The notes under the pieces are model-generated. The model did no database searches. It was not told where the DNA came from and saw only the letters and a program-made list of their open reading frames with translations. DNA of 63,981 bases, counting the filler, from an uncultured bacterium (lineage in GTDB: Bacteria; Hinthialibacterota; Hinthialibacteria; Hinthialibacterales; Hinthialibacteraceae): NCBI GenBank assembly GCA_964449065.1. It is 3 parts of 3 records of this genome, joined end to end, with 100 filler letters (N's around TTAATTAATTAA, not from the genome) between each part and the next. Parts side by side here need not be neighbours in the genome. Positions count along the whole stretch, not along the records: positions 1 to 24,500 come from CAYVAZ010000028.1; 2 more parts are not named here. One strand, 5' to 3'. The translations under genes and the position numbers were made by a program. This document shows, piece by piece, positions 8,729 to 19,088 of this stretch. How positions within the stretch are numbered: position 1 is the first letter of the stretch; each line of letters begins with the position of its first letter.

Positions 8729-9053
8729 ATATTTACGGCATATATCAGATGAAATTCATTATTTAATGCAGCAATCACAAGGCATGACTTCGGCAGAATT
8801 CATCAAAGACGAAACAGCAAAAAGAGCCTTTGTGAGATGTTTGGAAATTATTGGTGAGGCGGCAAAGAAATTGCCGAATGATTTTAAAGCGGAGTATCCT
8901 CATATCGATTGGCGGTCGATGGCTGGAATGAGAGACCGACTGATACATGATTATTTTGGCGTGGATTATGACATTGTTTGGGATGTTGTTATTCACAAAA
9001 TTCCCATGCTTCAAAAAGAAGTCCTGGAGATCATTGATAAAGAATCGGAGTAA
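8709..9053 (+). CDS. HepT/DUF86 HEPN ribonuclease toxin
   Basis: LEIIGEAAK...GMRDRLIHDYFGVD (RxxxxH). Confidence 0.92.
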   Translation: MSILPIEYLRHISDEIHYLMQQSQGMTSAEFIKDETAKRAFVRCLEIIGEAAKKLPNDFKAEYPHIDWRSMAGMRDRLIHDYFGVDYDIVWDVVIHKIPMLQKEVLEIIDKESE

Positions 9054-9125
9054 CCCTTCGTTGACTCTCTCATTTCATAAAATAGCCTATACTGTACAAC
9101 TCAATATCAAACAGGAACAAACCGA

Positions 9126-10514
9126 ATGGTCCAAGCGCCCAACGATATCCATACGCAGATGAAGCAAAAAGGCAACTTTGCCGGCGAAGGCATCCCCAAA
9201 GACGCGGAAATGCAGCGTTGTATACAATGCGGGATGTGCCTGCCGCATTGCCCCACATATATTGAACTCGATAAAGAGCGCGCCTCGCCCCGCGGACGCG
9301 CCGCCTTGGTGAAATGGGTCGGTGACGGAAAACTCGAGATCGATCAGAGTTTTTCCGACCAAATGTACCTGTGCTTGGACTGCCGTGCCTGTGAAACCGC
9401 TTGTCCGGTTGGCGTGAAAATCGGGTATTTGATCGAAGGTTCCCGCGCGCAGGTTGAGCAGAACAAACCCATGAATCCGTTCATCCGTCTTTTCCGGCAA
9501 TTTGTCTTTGGCTGGCTGTTTATGCGGCATTGGCGGTTGGAGTTGGTCGCCCTTCCTCTGCGGGTTTACCAAAATACCGGACTGCAAAAGGTTGTCCATT
9601 CGCTGGGGCTGTTAAACCTCATGCCCAAAGTGCTCCGTTTTATGGAAGAACTGCCCCCGCAAGGCTTAAAACGCCCGTTCCGCAAGACGATCCCCGATGT
9701 CATCCCCGCTGAGGGAAAAGAACACGCCCGGGTGGGCTATTTTCTCGGCTGCATGATGAGCATCCTGTTCAACAAAACCACCAACGCGACGGTGAATGTA
9801 CTCAAACGCAGCGGCTGTACGATTGTGACGCCCAAGGAAATCCGCTGCTGCGGCGCCCCCCTGATGGCGGATGGCTTCAAACCCAAAGCCAGGGAGTTGA
9901 TGAAATTTAACATCGATCTGTTCGAGAAGTTGGACGTGGATTACATCATCAGCGACTGCGCCGCCTGTGGAGCCGCCATGAAAGAATATGCGGAAATCTT
10001 TGAGGATGACCCGGAATACCGCGAGAAAGCCAAACGCTTCAGCGGGAAAGCGCGCGAGATTACCGAGTTTTTAGGCGATTGGGAACATTTTAAAGGCGGT
10101 GAGATGCCGTCTCCTGAATGCCGTTGCGGCGGCAACGGCGAATGTGACGCACCCAAACAGGATGCCCCCAAAAAGAAAGTGACCTATGACGCCCCCTGCC
10201 ACCTGTGCCATGCCCAGCAAGTGTGGGAACAGCCCATCAACGTTATCAAGCAGATTCCGGATATTGAGTTCCAGCCGTTAAAGGAAACGGATTTTTGCTG
10301 CGGCAGCGCGGGCATCTATAACATCACCAACCACGATATGTCGATGAAGATTCTCGACAAAAAGATGGAGCGCATCGAAGAGAACGGCGCCGATATTGTT
10401 CTCACCGCCAACCCCGGCTGCATGCTGCAACTCGATTACGGCATCCGCAAACACGGCCTGAAGATGCAAGTCAAACATGTGGTTGAGATGCTGGATCAAA
10501 AAGGGGAAGACTAA
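9126..10514 (+). CDS. glcF: GlcF-like Fe-S oxidoreductase subunit (2x 4Fe-4S + 2 CCG domains)
   Basis: CIQCGMCLPHCPTY, SPRGR, CLDCRACETACP, CCGA, CCGSAGIYN, ANPGC. Confidence 0.85.
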   Translation: MVQAPNDIHTQMKQKGNFAGEGIPKDAEMQRCIQCGMCLPHCPTYIELDKERASPRGRAALVKWVGDGKLEIDQSFSDQMYLCLDCRACETACPVGVKIGYLIEGSRAQVEQNKPMNPFIRLFRQFVFGWLFMRHWRLELVALPLRVYQNTGLQKVVHSLGLLNLMPKVLRFMEELPPQGLKRPFRKTIPDVIPAEGKEHARVGYFLGCMMSILFNKTTNATVNVLKRSGCTIVTPKEIRCCGAPLMADGFKPKARELMKFNIDLFEKLDVDYIISDCAACGAAMKEYAEIFEDDPEYREKAKRFSGKAREITEFLGDWEHFKGGEMPSPECRCGGNGECDAPKQDAPKKKVTYDAPCHLCHAQQVWEQPINVIKQIPDIEFQPLKETDFCCGSAGIYNITNHDMSMKILDKKMERIEENGADIVLTANPGCMLQLDYGIRKHGLKMQVKHVVEMLDQKGED

Positions 10515-10687
10515 TTACCGTTTAACAGAAATGATATTTTTTTTAGGTTTTAATAGTGAACAGTTCAGGAGTGCGGATGGGGAGAGAATGCACAATGCAA
10601 TCTTTCATTTGTATGCATTCATTTGTATGCCTGATTGATAATGGATTTACTTATGGTAGAATGGATTTGGTCAAAATTTGGTCAAAA

Positions 10688-10716
10688 TTGACAGTTTCGG
10701 TTTTAAAAGGTAGACG
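10688..10716 (+). promoter_or_regulatory. Putative sigma70 promoter for tRNA-Ala
   Basis: TTGACA-17-TAGACG; additional TATAAT at 10723. Confidence 0.55.
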
Positions 10717-10739
10717 TAACCTTATAATTTCAGCAAGAT

Positions 10740-10812
10740 GGGGCGCTAGCTCAGCTGGGAGAGCATTACCTTCGCAAGGTAGGGGTCGTGGGTTCGAATC
10801 CCATGCGCTCCA
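10740..10812 (+). tRNA. tRNA-Ala(CGC), CCA not encoded
   Basis: Cloverleaf GGGGCGC/GCGCTCC with G3:U70, anticodon loop TTCGCAA, GGTTCGAATCC. Confidence 0.96.
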
Positions 10813-10865
10813 TTTTTTTGCAGTCCAACTTTTTTGTTCACCCTTTTTTGTTAACTACGGTTTCT

Positions 10866-12038
10866 ATGACCATTTCTTCCATCACACCAAATTCAACGCG
10901 CAATTCACGGACCATCCTCATTGTGGATGATGAGCCCATCAACCTTGAGCTGTTGGAGCATATTTTAACGGCCGAGGGGTACGCGGTTCTCAAAGCGTTT
11001 GACGGGCATGATGCGATTGATACGGCGTGCAAAGATCATCCCGATTTGATTATTATGGATATCAACATGCCGCGGGTGGATGGGATCACCGCGTGCAAGA
11101 CCATTAAAGAAAACGTTAAAGACCGGTTTATCCCCATTATTTTGCTAACCAGCCATCATGCCACAGAGGTAGAGGTATTAGGATTTGATTCCGGCGCGGA
11201 TGAGTATCTTATCAAACCTCCCAAAAAGCCGGAACTGCTGGCGCGGGTGCGTGCCATGATCCGTACGCGCGACCTGCACGAAGAACTGCACCGCACCAAA
11301 AAGATTATCGAACATGACCTGGATGAGGTCGGCGCAATTCAACGTTCGTTTTTGCCGACCGAGTTTCCCTATCACCCGCAGATTGATTTTGGACATTTTT
11401 ATGGTCCCTGCCAAAGCGCGGGGGGCGATTATTTTGATGTGATTGAGATCGGGCATTCGCACTGGGGACTGCTGGTGGCGGATGTGACCGGGCACGGCGC
11501 CTCGGCGGCGGTCGTGATGGCGATTACCCACACGCTGATGCACTCGTTCACCAATTCGTTTCGCTACCCCAGCACGGCGTTGAAAGTGGCTAATGAAAAA
11601 TTAAACGCGCATTTGGCGCCCACCTTTTATGTGACCATGTTTTACAGCGTGTTAAACCTTCAAACCATGACGCTGCGGTATGCCTCGGCCGGGCATGAGC
11701 CGATGATGTTGTATAAAGCCAAAACAAACGATATTGAATGGCTCAAGACCGAACATGGATTTCCACTGAAACTGATGGCAGCGGATGATTATGATGAAAA
11801 GACCATTCCGGTCGAAGCGGGCGATAAAATTATTTTTTTTACAGACGGCATTGTCGAACGGCGCAATCCACAAGGCAAACTGTTAAGCGAAGAACAGTTG
11901 CGGAAGTGGGTGGTGGAGTTTGGGCATTTGCAGGCACAGGCGTTTGTGGATGCGGTAATCGAAAAGGTGAAAAATTATAACCCGGAACTGCCGTTTCAAG
12001 ATGATGTTACGATGTTTGTGATTCACCGGACTGTTTGA
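10866..12038 (+). CDS. Response regulator receiver + PP2C/SpoIIE (RsbU-like) phosphatase
   Basis: ILIVDDE, DINMP, KP; GGDYFD, DVTGHG, FTDGI, QDDVT. Confidence 0.93.
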   Translation: MTISSITPNSTRNSRTILIVDDEPINLELLEHILTAEGYAVLKAFDGHDAIDTACKDHPDLIIMDINMPRVDGITACKTIKENVKDRFIPIILLTSHHATEVEVLGFDSGADEYLIKPPKKPELLARVRAMIRTRDLHEELHRTKKIIEHDLDEVGAIQRSFLPTEFPYHPQIDFGHFYGPCQSAGGDYFDVIEIGHSHWGLLVADVTGHGASAAVVMAITHTLMHSFTNSFRYPSTALKVANEKLNAHLAPTFYVTMFYSVLNLQTMTLRYASAGHEPMMLYKAKTNDIEWLKTEHGFPLKLMAADDYDEKTIPVEAGDKIIFFTDGIVERRNPQGKLLSEEQLRKWVVEFGHLQAQAFVDAVIEKVKNYNPELPFQDDVTMFVIHRTV

Positions 12039-13440
12039 AGGTATTTTCGTAGCGTTCCCGCACGTCTTTGTAGTGAATATCGACGGCATAGACCTGGCCA
12101 TAAGCCTCGCGGGCGCCGGTGGCGTCGCCCAATTCTTCTTTGCAGAGCCCCATATAATAGTGTGCGAGTTTAATCTCTTCGGTAGGGACATGCGAGTAAC
12201 TTTTCATCCGCAAATACGGCAGCGCTTTTTCGAATTGCGTAATCGCCAATTGGCGGTCGCCTTTTTTGCGAAAGCATTGCCCCAAGAGCAGAAAGCCCCG
12301 GCCGGCAAAGGGCGGCTCGTGAATCAAACGCTGCAGGATGGGAATGGCTTCTTCCTGGCGGTCATACTTCAGCAGCAGCTCACCCAGTTTCGCGCGTTCT
12401 TCAGACAATTCGGGGCGGGCGGTGATTTGCTGTTGCAGCATTTGGATCCGGTTCATATCGCGTTCGTGCTGCAAGTTTCCGGAATCGTCTTTTTGAAGGG
12501 CAATCACGTTTTCGGGTTGGGATTTTTGCAATTTGATTTGGGCTTCAAGATATTCATCCTTCAGCTGTTGATTTTCCGGGTCGGCATCCAAGAGTTCGCG
12601 GAACAGGGTCACCGCGATTGCGGTTTCACCGGAGGCGCGCCAAACGCGGGCTTGTTCGTGTTTGGCTTCTTTATTATCCGGCTGGGCATCCAAAACCGGG
12701 GCCAGAACTTTGTTGGCATCCACAAACATGCCGCCGCTGCGGTAATGTTCCGAAAGGGCAATGGCCGCGGCTGTGTTTTCTTTGTTCTTGTTATACTGTT
12801 CAAGCAGCAGATTTAACTTGCGGGTAAATTCGGGCGTGCCGGGTGATTCTTTCAACGCTTTCTCCATTTCCGAACGGCGGGCGGTGAGTTTTTCGGGAAT
12901 GCTGAATTTCGAATACGCGTTGGCGGATATGTTGCGCAAATCTTGTTTAATTTGTTTGTTGTTGGGCAGCAATCGGCTCAGGGTTTCAAGACGTTCCTTG
13001 GCTTTGAGCAGTTGATCCAGTTGAATCAGCAGCTCGACATCCGCTTTTAGTGCGGGGATGTATTCCGGCTGTAGCGATAACACATGTTCATACACCTCAT
13101 GAGCGGTTTCGCGTTTGCCGCATTTGAGAGCGCAATCGGCAAAGGACATGGCCAAACGGATGTTGGTGGGATCGAAGCGGTAAATCAGTTCGAGATCGTT
13201 GTAGGCTTTTTGCGGTTTGCCAAGCGTTTTTAAGCACCAGGCGATAGCATATTTGATATAGAGAGTTACCGGGCTCCAACTGCTTTGCGCTTTGCAAACT
13301 TCCAGATGCTTCATGCCTTCCAACGCTTCGGGGTTGGCGGGGCTGTGTGACAGAATTTGGTGGTAATAATGCGCGGCCATGTCGAATTCTTTTTGTTCGA
13401 TGGCTTTGTTGGCGCGTTCGAGGTATTCCGGAATATTCAT
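12007..13440 (-). CDS. Tetratricopeptide-repeat protein
   Basis: Multiple TPR-like helices; C-terminal YYMGLCKEELG...VYAVDIHYKDVRER. Confidence 0.85.
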   Translation of the reverse strand: MNIPEYLERANKAIEQKEFDMAAHYYHQILSHSPANPEALEGMKHLEVCKAQSSWSPVTLYIKYAIAWCLKTLGKPQKAYNDLELIYRFDPTNIRLAMSFADCALKCGKRETAHEVYEHVLSLQPEYIPALKADVELLIQLDQLLKAKERLETLSRLLPNNKQIKQDLRNISANAYSKFSIPEKLTARRSEMEKALKESPGTPEFTRKLNLLLEQYNKNKENTAAAIALSEHYRSGGMFVDANKVLAPVLDAQPDNKEAKHEQARVWRASGETAIAVTLFRELLDADPENQQLKDEYLEAQIKLQKSQPENVIALQKDDSGNLQHERDMNRIQMLQQQITARPELSEERAKLGELLLKYDRQEEAIPILQRLIHEPPFAGRGFLLLGQCFRKKGDRQLAITQFEKALPYLRMKSYSHVPTEEIKLAHYYMGLCKEELGDATGAREAYGQVYAVDIHYKDVRERYENTFKQSGESQTS

Positions 13441-13528
13441 ATAAATAGTGGTCTCGATCTATAGTCATTGTTGGGATTGCCATAAAAAGGTTTTGACCGC
13501 GCTCACTTTTCACGTCACGTTTCCACAC

Positions 13529-13553
13529 ACCGGCTGGAAGCCGATGCTGCCCA
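13529..13553 (-). repeat. REP-like repeat family A
   Basis: Reverse complement of GGGxAGCATCGGCTTCCAGCCGGT, also at 55116 and 58695. Confidence 0.75.
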
Positions 13554-13610
13554 AAACGAACCTATTTATGGCAAACACCCTGCACGTTAAGTGTAGTACA
13601 AAATTGAGAA

Positions 13611-16600
13611 TTAAACATCGTCTTTGCATGGGATGGCGATACGAATTTGAGAAAGAACCGGCCAATTCGGGGTTGAGACCGCTTTCTCGAATTCGGCGAA
13701 GTATTGAACATAATCGCCTTTGCCCATGAGTTTCATTTCGCCTTCTTCCGCATCCACCATGCGCGCCCAGGGCAGAAATCTTAGGGATCCATCAGGATTT
13801 TGAATGACCCAGCGGGCTTTTAAGCGCAGGGCGGTTTGTTTCGGCACTTCGGCATCCCATTTAATTTGGACAGGCATTCCGGTTGCACCCTCTGCGGGGA
13901 AGTAAGGAGATAAATATCCCGCCGAGACGGTTTGGTTATCTTCACCGGCAAAGATAAACCGCAAATCACCAACATTGGTGGAGAATCCGCCGGGGACGGC
14001 TTTAAATTCGATGACAAAGGTATCGTCTTCAATGGTGTAGGTGCCGATTTTGTGGAAGGCTTTGGGATCGTCGCTATGCCCGTAGACAAAGGTTTGATAA
14101 TCGAGCTCTCCCGCCACCTTGAATTGGATGGTATCGGTCGCGCTTTTATCGGGATTGTTGCTGTAGAGTTGGGCGTACACATCAAACGTTCCGTTGAGGG
14201 TGGGGACCCGGAAACGCAATACGGCATCGGATTTGACCGGCGATGAAAATACATTGTATTTGATATTCCATTGCCAAAGGTTAATCGGACTGGAGGCATG
14301 ATAATTTTCGGGATTTTCGACAAACACCGGGTTAAGCCGGAGTTGTACTTCATCGATGGGCGGCCGCATGGTAAGCCCTTTTTGACTGGGATCATAATAA
14401 AGATGATCCCCCAGCCCGGCGGAAAATTGGGTTTCGCTGGTGATGTTGTAATAGCGGCGGTTATCGACAATCGGTTCCCGCGGCATTTGCAGCTGTACAT
14501 AATGCCGTTTGACCTTGCTGATGTTGTTGTCTTCGGGAGAGGAAAATTCGTTTTTTTCCCCGATAAGATTGTATTTATCCGCATAGACCATTAATTCGTG
14601 TTTCGCGGAAAGCAGGGGGATTTCCACTTGGGTTTCGGCGGCGGCAGTGGGGCGCAAGCGGGGGATGAAACGCGAGATTTCTTCACGATTGTGGATGAAT
14701 GACATTCGGATATACTCGGCGGGCGTATCGCCGGTATTGCGGACGCGGGCGGTTAATTTCATCGGTTCGCCCCAAACGGGGATACGATTTTCATCGTTGA
14801 TTTCGATATGGTGATCGACCCAGGGATTGACAGCAAGATCGGGCAGGTCGGCCAGTGACATGGTGATGGAACTGGTGTTGTTGTCTTCGCTGAGTTCCTC
14901 AATACGGTTAAAAGGATCAATGACAAAATGGATTTCATGAACGCCCAGACCATCGTAGGCTTCGGGATCCCACAAAATTTCGACTTCTTCCATTTCTCCC
15001 GGAGCGATTTCGGTCACGCTTTGCGAGCGGTTGGAGCGGAACGAGGTTAGTTTTTTGTTGAGCGAAGGATCGCCGTCATACGCTGTTACGGAGACATTGC
15101 GGGCGGTGGACTCGCCCATGTTGTAGATGTGGGTTTTGAAGATGACGGTTTTGCCGATCACGGGTTGTTCGGGGGTGATGGTTATGTCTCCCTCGGCCAA
15201 AGCCAGATCGGGCTTATCTTTGACTTCTACCGTGATGGGGTATTCCTGCTTGGCTTCTTCGGTTTCCACCAAGAGGGTATAGGTGATGGTTCCTGTTTCA
15301 GGCGGGGTAACTGAATAGACCAGTTGACGTTCTTGTTCCGCGTTTAGGCTCATCAGTTTGGGTTGGGTGGCACTGCCAGGGCCTTGCAAGAACGTCGTGG
15401 CTGACATGGTTTCGTTGGAAGACAAGTTGCGAAACGGAATTTGCAGCCGGGTCACGTTTTGGTGGATCATTTCTTCCGGTGAGGTTGAGATCATCCCGGT
15501 CAGCGGAATAATGCGGTCGTGGGGTTCGCGGTAGACCGGCAACGCTTTTTTGGCGGTATGGTTCTCAAATTTGACCGGATGATCCGATTGGGTTTGCAGG
15601 GTGACATAAACCACATCCACATCGTTTGGAAGAATGCCCTGCCATTGAACCGGTAAAGACGATTGGGGTTGAATGGTATCAACGGATATTGTCTCCATGG
15701 TTTCGCCGAATTCGACCAAGCACTGCAAGCCGCTGACCGGATGTTGAGAAATGTTGTGTACGGTAATATTCACTGTGTGGGGATTGTGTTCGAGGATTAC
15801 AGCGCCATCGCCGAGAGAGACGGTTGGGTTCATCAACAGGATGCGGATGCCGCCCCACGCGTCGGTATTGGTTTCTTCGTTCCAGGCATATACACGGAGG
15901 ATGGCGTCTTCGCTGTCGGTTTCGGGGATGTCTTGTGTCCAACCGGCTTCAATCAAGCCGTCAACCACCGGGACCGGGTTGCTTTCATAGATGTTTTTGC
16001 CATCCAATGATATGGAGATGATGGCCTTGCCGTTTTGCACGGACGCGCTTTGCGCGCGCAGGGATAGTTCATGGGTTTGGCCGGGATAGAGGTGTTTGGT
16101 ATTGGTTTGAATGGTCAGTTTTTCCGCGGGCATAGCCAGTTTGATTCCGGGATCGCCGAAGAGAATGTATTGTTCCATCAGTTTAAAATCGTTGGCGTTG
16201 TTGCGGTGCAGCAGGTATTCGGCTTTGGTGAAGTTTGCCGCTTCACCGAGGCGGTAGAGGCCGTCGTTGATCAGATTGCGGACGACAAAATGGCTCATCA
16301 GCTCGTGCTGGTCGGTATAGCCGTTTTCGCTGGGTGCCCAGACGGCAACGGCGCCGCGGTCTTCGTAGCGGATAAATTCTTCCGCCAGGCAGACATCAAA
16401 AGGCGGCGTGCTGATGTTCAAATATCCCGTGAGACATGACCAGTTTAAAACGAAAGGAAATTTGGTGGTTGGGTTTAACTCCCGAACATTGCTGGTATGT
16501 TTAGCGGTGCCGTAAAAGAGACGCTCATGGCTCCACAATTGGGCGCCGCCGTGACCGTAATATTGTGTAATCAGCGCTCCTTCGTTTAAGGCATTCAATA

Positions 16601-19040
16601 CAGCGAGCGTGGCTTCGGAGGAGATTTTTTTGTTGGAATATTCCCGGCGGAGTTGTTCGGACGGGTGATTGTGGAAACGTTCGTAAAGGTAGGGGCTGGT
16701 TTCGTGGGGAAATTCATTTTGGTTTACGAACTCGGGGAACAGCTTTTCGGTGATACTGGTTTCCGCGGTGGTATAGCTGTATTGCCAAAAGTTATCATCG
16801 GAAATAAAGAGGTTGCGCGCTTTCCATACGCCGACGGGCGATTCTTGTTCATACCGCACCACTTTCTTGATGTAGTTTTCCACTTCTTCCGGCGTGGAGA
16901 GAGAGATACGGCCGATGATCACATCGGAATAGGCGTTATCGTCTTCCGGCCATAGGTAAGCATACCACTCATCGGAGGCGTAGTTTTGAGGGTCTTCAAC
17001 CGGGGCATAAGTGGGGATTTGATCGACAACATGGAACCCCTCGTAGTCGCGATGATCCCATGAAGATTCTCCGATGAGGGTGACAAACTCAGGCGATACG
17101 CCATCCCATTCGGATTGCGTGTAGCGCAAGAAGCGTTTGATGGCATCGCAACTGGGATAGCCGTAATTGAATTCATCGTATATATCCTGCACATCGGTTA
17201 ATAACACTTCAAAGCCTTCTTCCGCACGGAGTTTCGCGAGACGTTCGGCTTCTTTCAGTAAGGTGCGGTAAGCGATGATGATGTAATCAAAGCCTTGGTC
17301 TTTGCGGTGCAAGGTGGAGGGGTAGTCTTGATCGACCGTGAAGGGCCCCGGTTCGGTACCGGCCGCATGGATTTCAACCGTATCGCGGGGGACATTGGGC
17401 AGGGTGAATTCCGCCAGCGGGTTGCGGGGCCGGATGCAATGGGTGAGTTCGTTGTTGTGCACGACCCACGCGGTGATGAGTTCATCCGTCGCGTTATCCA
17501 GCTGCACGGTTGAGAGGCTGTTGGGATGCAACACCATTGGGGACTCTTTGGGCTTCGATTCTTTTTGATATTGAAACGCAATCGCGTCTAAAAACAGCCG
17601 GTTGACTACCCCCTTTTTGGGGCTGTTGACATCAAAACTGCTGGCTTTCGGTGGTTCATGGAGGGATATGTGCACTGTAGGTGCCTGAACATATTCAGCG
17701 GCGGGAACGCGGAAGGTGGTGCTGGTTACGGCGTCCACATCCAAATAATAACTGCGGGTTGCGTCTCCCACGTTAATCATTACGCCTGTGGTCGATTGAT
17801 TTTTGTTCATCCAGGACAGCGTGATTTCCACTTGGCCTTTGCCGGAGAAGCCGGGAAGCGAGACCGGGAATTCGGTTTTTTGTTCATCCAATTGGGCGTA
17901 GAACCAATCGCCGGAATTAACGGAATCCATTCCCAATACCCGGTTGTCATCCACCACGAACTCGGCGGTGTGAGTGGGTTGTTGCGAGAGGTATTCAATG
18001 GGTTGAACCATTTCCACCCGTTTTGGCGGGGATTGGATTGCTCCCCATGTTAGATAATAGGGGCGGTCATTGGTATAGGGTGAATCAGATTTCTGACCAT
18101 AGAAATAGATGGCATCATCGTTGTTGAATACCGTATCTCCATCGTCAAAGACGGCGCTAGCGACTTCTTGGCCTTTGTGCCATACCTTAACCCAATCCAA
18201 CTTGACCAATGAAGGATCAACGCCTTGTTCAATGAGGTCGGCCGGACGTACGGCAGTTACCCCCGTTTCACGCACCAACACGCGGACGGCGTCATTGCGG
18301 GGGGGGACCGGTTCACCGCCCGGGGAAAAACGGTTGATCAACGTGCCTTCTTCGATGTACCCCGCTGCAATGGGATGAAAGCCTTGTACTTTTTCGGATT
18401 GGGGCAGTTGCCGCTTGGCGCGCAAGCGCAGGGCATCGGTACTGTTTATTACTAGATTGCCGAAGAGTTTTTCGTATCCTGCGTCTAATGTTGAGGCCGG
18501 CGCCGGTTTTGGTGTGCCGCGTTCTTTCCACGACACTTTATAAACCAGGCGGTCTGCAATGACTTTATCGCGGCGGTAGGTTTGGGTGGAATCGGATAGG
18601 TCTGCGGTTTGGGGAAAGGCGATTTCCAACTGCAAGATATCCAACTCCTGATACTCGTTGCGCTTGGTTTTAATGGCGGGGTCTACCAGTTTTTTGATCG
18701 CGCGAAAGTCGATACTGGCGGAACCGACTTCACCGCTGATGGTTTGCACAACCTCATTGCCTTGGATGAGGCGAAGGTCCCACCCTTGCAGTTCCACATT
18801 GTGAACGGATGAGGGTGGTATCCCCAAAAATACCGATTCAGCCACACGTTCGGACGGATTTTGTTCGTTGATTTTCGGCACAAATTCAAACACCGCATGA
18901 CCGGTTGCCGATTCGATCAGCCGGAAGTTTGGGTTCTGCGACGGGGGGTAATTGGGAAAAGCCTTGTATGCAAATGCGGTGGAGGGCAACAGCAAAACCG
19001 CTGCGAATATCCACCCGAATAGATTCCGGTATATTTTCAT
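13611..19040 (-). CDS. Secreted C25-family (gingipain-like) cysteine peptidase with CARDB domains
   Basis: Signal peptide; DIYDEFNYG, ASDEWY, IGRIS, YYGHG, NWSCLTG, YILFGDP; PDLA...IDPFNRIEELSEDNN CARDB. Confidence 0.9.
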   Translation of the reverse strand: MKIYRNLFGWIFAAVLLLPSTAFAYKAFPNYPPSQNPNFRLIESATGHAVFEFVPKINEQNPSERVAESVFLGIPPSSVHNVELQGWDLRLIQGNEVVQTISGEVGSASIDFRAIKKLVDPAIKTKRNEYQELDILQLEIAFPQTADLSDSTQTYRRDKVIADRLVYKVSWKERGTPKPAPASTLDAGYEKLFGNLVINSTDALRLRAKRQLPQSEKVQGFHPIAAGYIEEGTLINRFSPGGEPVPPRNDAVRVLVRETGVTAVRPADLIEQGVDPSLVKLDWVKVWHKGQEVASAVFDDGDTVFNNDDAIYFYGQKSDSPYTNDRPYYLTWGAIQSPPKRVEMVQPIEYLSQQPTHTAEFVVDDNRVLGMDSVNSGDWFYAQLDEQKTEFPVSLPGFSGKGQVEITLSWMNKNQSTTGVMINVGDATRSYYLDVDAVTSTTFRVPAAEYVQAPTVHISLHEPPKASSFDVNSPKKGVVNRLFLDAIAFQYQKESKPKESPMVLHPNSLSTVQLDNATDELITAWVVHNNELTHCIRPRNPLAEFTLPNVPRDTVEIHAAGTEPGPFTVDQDYPSTLHRKDQGFDYIIIAYRTLLKEAERLAKLRAEEGFEVLLTDVQDIYDEFNYGYPSCDAIKRFLRYTQSEWDGVSPEFVTLIGESSWDHRDYEGFHVVDQIPTYAPVEDPQNYASDEWYAYLWPEDDNAYSDVIIGRISLSTPEEVENYIKKVVRYEQESPVGVWKARNLFISDDNFWQYSYTTAETSITEKLFPEFVNQNEFPHETSPYLYERFHNHPSEQLRREYSNKKISSEATLAVLNALNEGALITQYYGHGGAQLWSHERLFYGTAKHTSNVRELNPTTKFPFVLNWSCLTGYLNISTPPFDVCLAEEFIRYEDRGAVAVWAPSENGYTDQHELMSHFVVRNLINDGLYRLGEAANFTKAEYLLHRNNANDFKLMEQYILFGDPGIKLAMPAEKLTIQTNTKHLYPGQTHELSLRAQSASVQNGKAIISISLDGKNIYESNPVPVVDGLIEAGWTQDIPETDSEDAILRVYAWNEETNTDAWGGIRILLMNPTVSLGDGAVILEHNPHTVNITVHNISQHPVSGLQCLVEFGETMETISVDTIQPQSSLPVQWQGILPNDVDVVYVTLQTQSDHPVKFENHTAKKALPVYREPHDRIIPLTGMISTSPEEMIHQNVTRLQIPFRNLSSNETMSATTFLQGPGSATQPKLMSLNAEQERQLVYSVTPPETGTITYTLLVETEEAKQEYPITVEVKDKPDLALAEGDITITPEQPVIGKTVIFKTHIYNMGESTARNVSVTAYDGDPSLNKKLTSFRSNRSQSVTEIAPGEMEEVEILWDPEAYDGLGVHEIHFVIDPFNRIEELSEDNNTSSITMSLADLPDLAVNPWVDHHIEINDENRIPVWGEPMKLTARVRNTGDTPAEYIRMSFIHNREEISRFIPRLRPTAAAETQVEIPLLSAKHELMVYADKYNLIGEKNEFSSPEDNNISKVKRHYVQLQMPREPIVDNRRYYNITSETQFSAGLGDHLYYDPSQKGLTMRPPIDEVQLRLNPVFVENPENYHASSPINLWQWNIKYNVFSSPVKSDAVLRFRVPTLNGTFDVYAQLYSNNPDKSATDTIQFKVAGELDYQTFVYGHSDDPKAFHKIGTYTIEDDTFVIEFKAVPGGFSTNVGDLRFIFAGEDNQTVSAGYLSPYFPAEGATGMPVQIKWDAEVPKQTALRLKARWVIQNPDGSLRFLPWARMVDAEEGEMKLMGKGDYVQYFAEFEKAVSTPNWPVLSQIRIAIPCKDDV

Positions 19041-19088
19041 TCTGGCCGCCTTTTACTTTACTTATACTTATCCAAGAAAATAGTTATT

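Noticed and set aside
9047..9070. TAACCCTTCGTT after hepT resembling an attC start
   Set aside because: No long inverted repeat or GTTRRRY end; only a short hairpin
10556..10930. 124-aa ORF and the 10788 start of the REC-PP2C gene
   Set aside because: Both overlap tRNA-Ala; the real start is likely 10866
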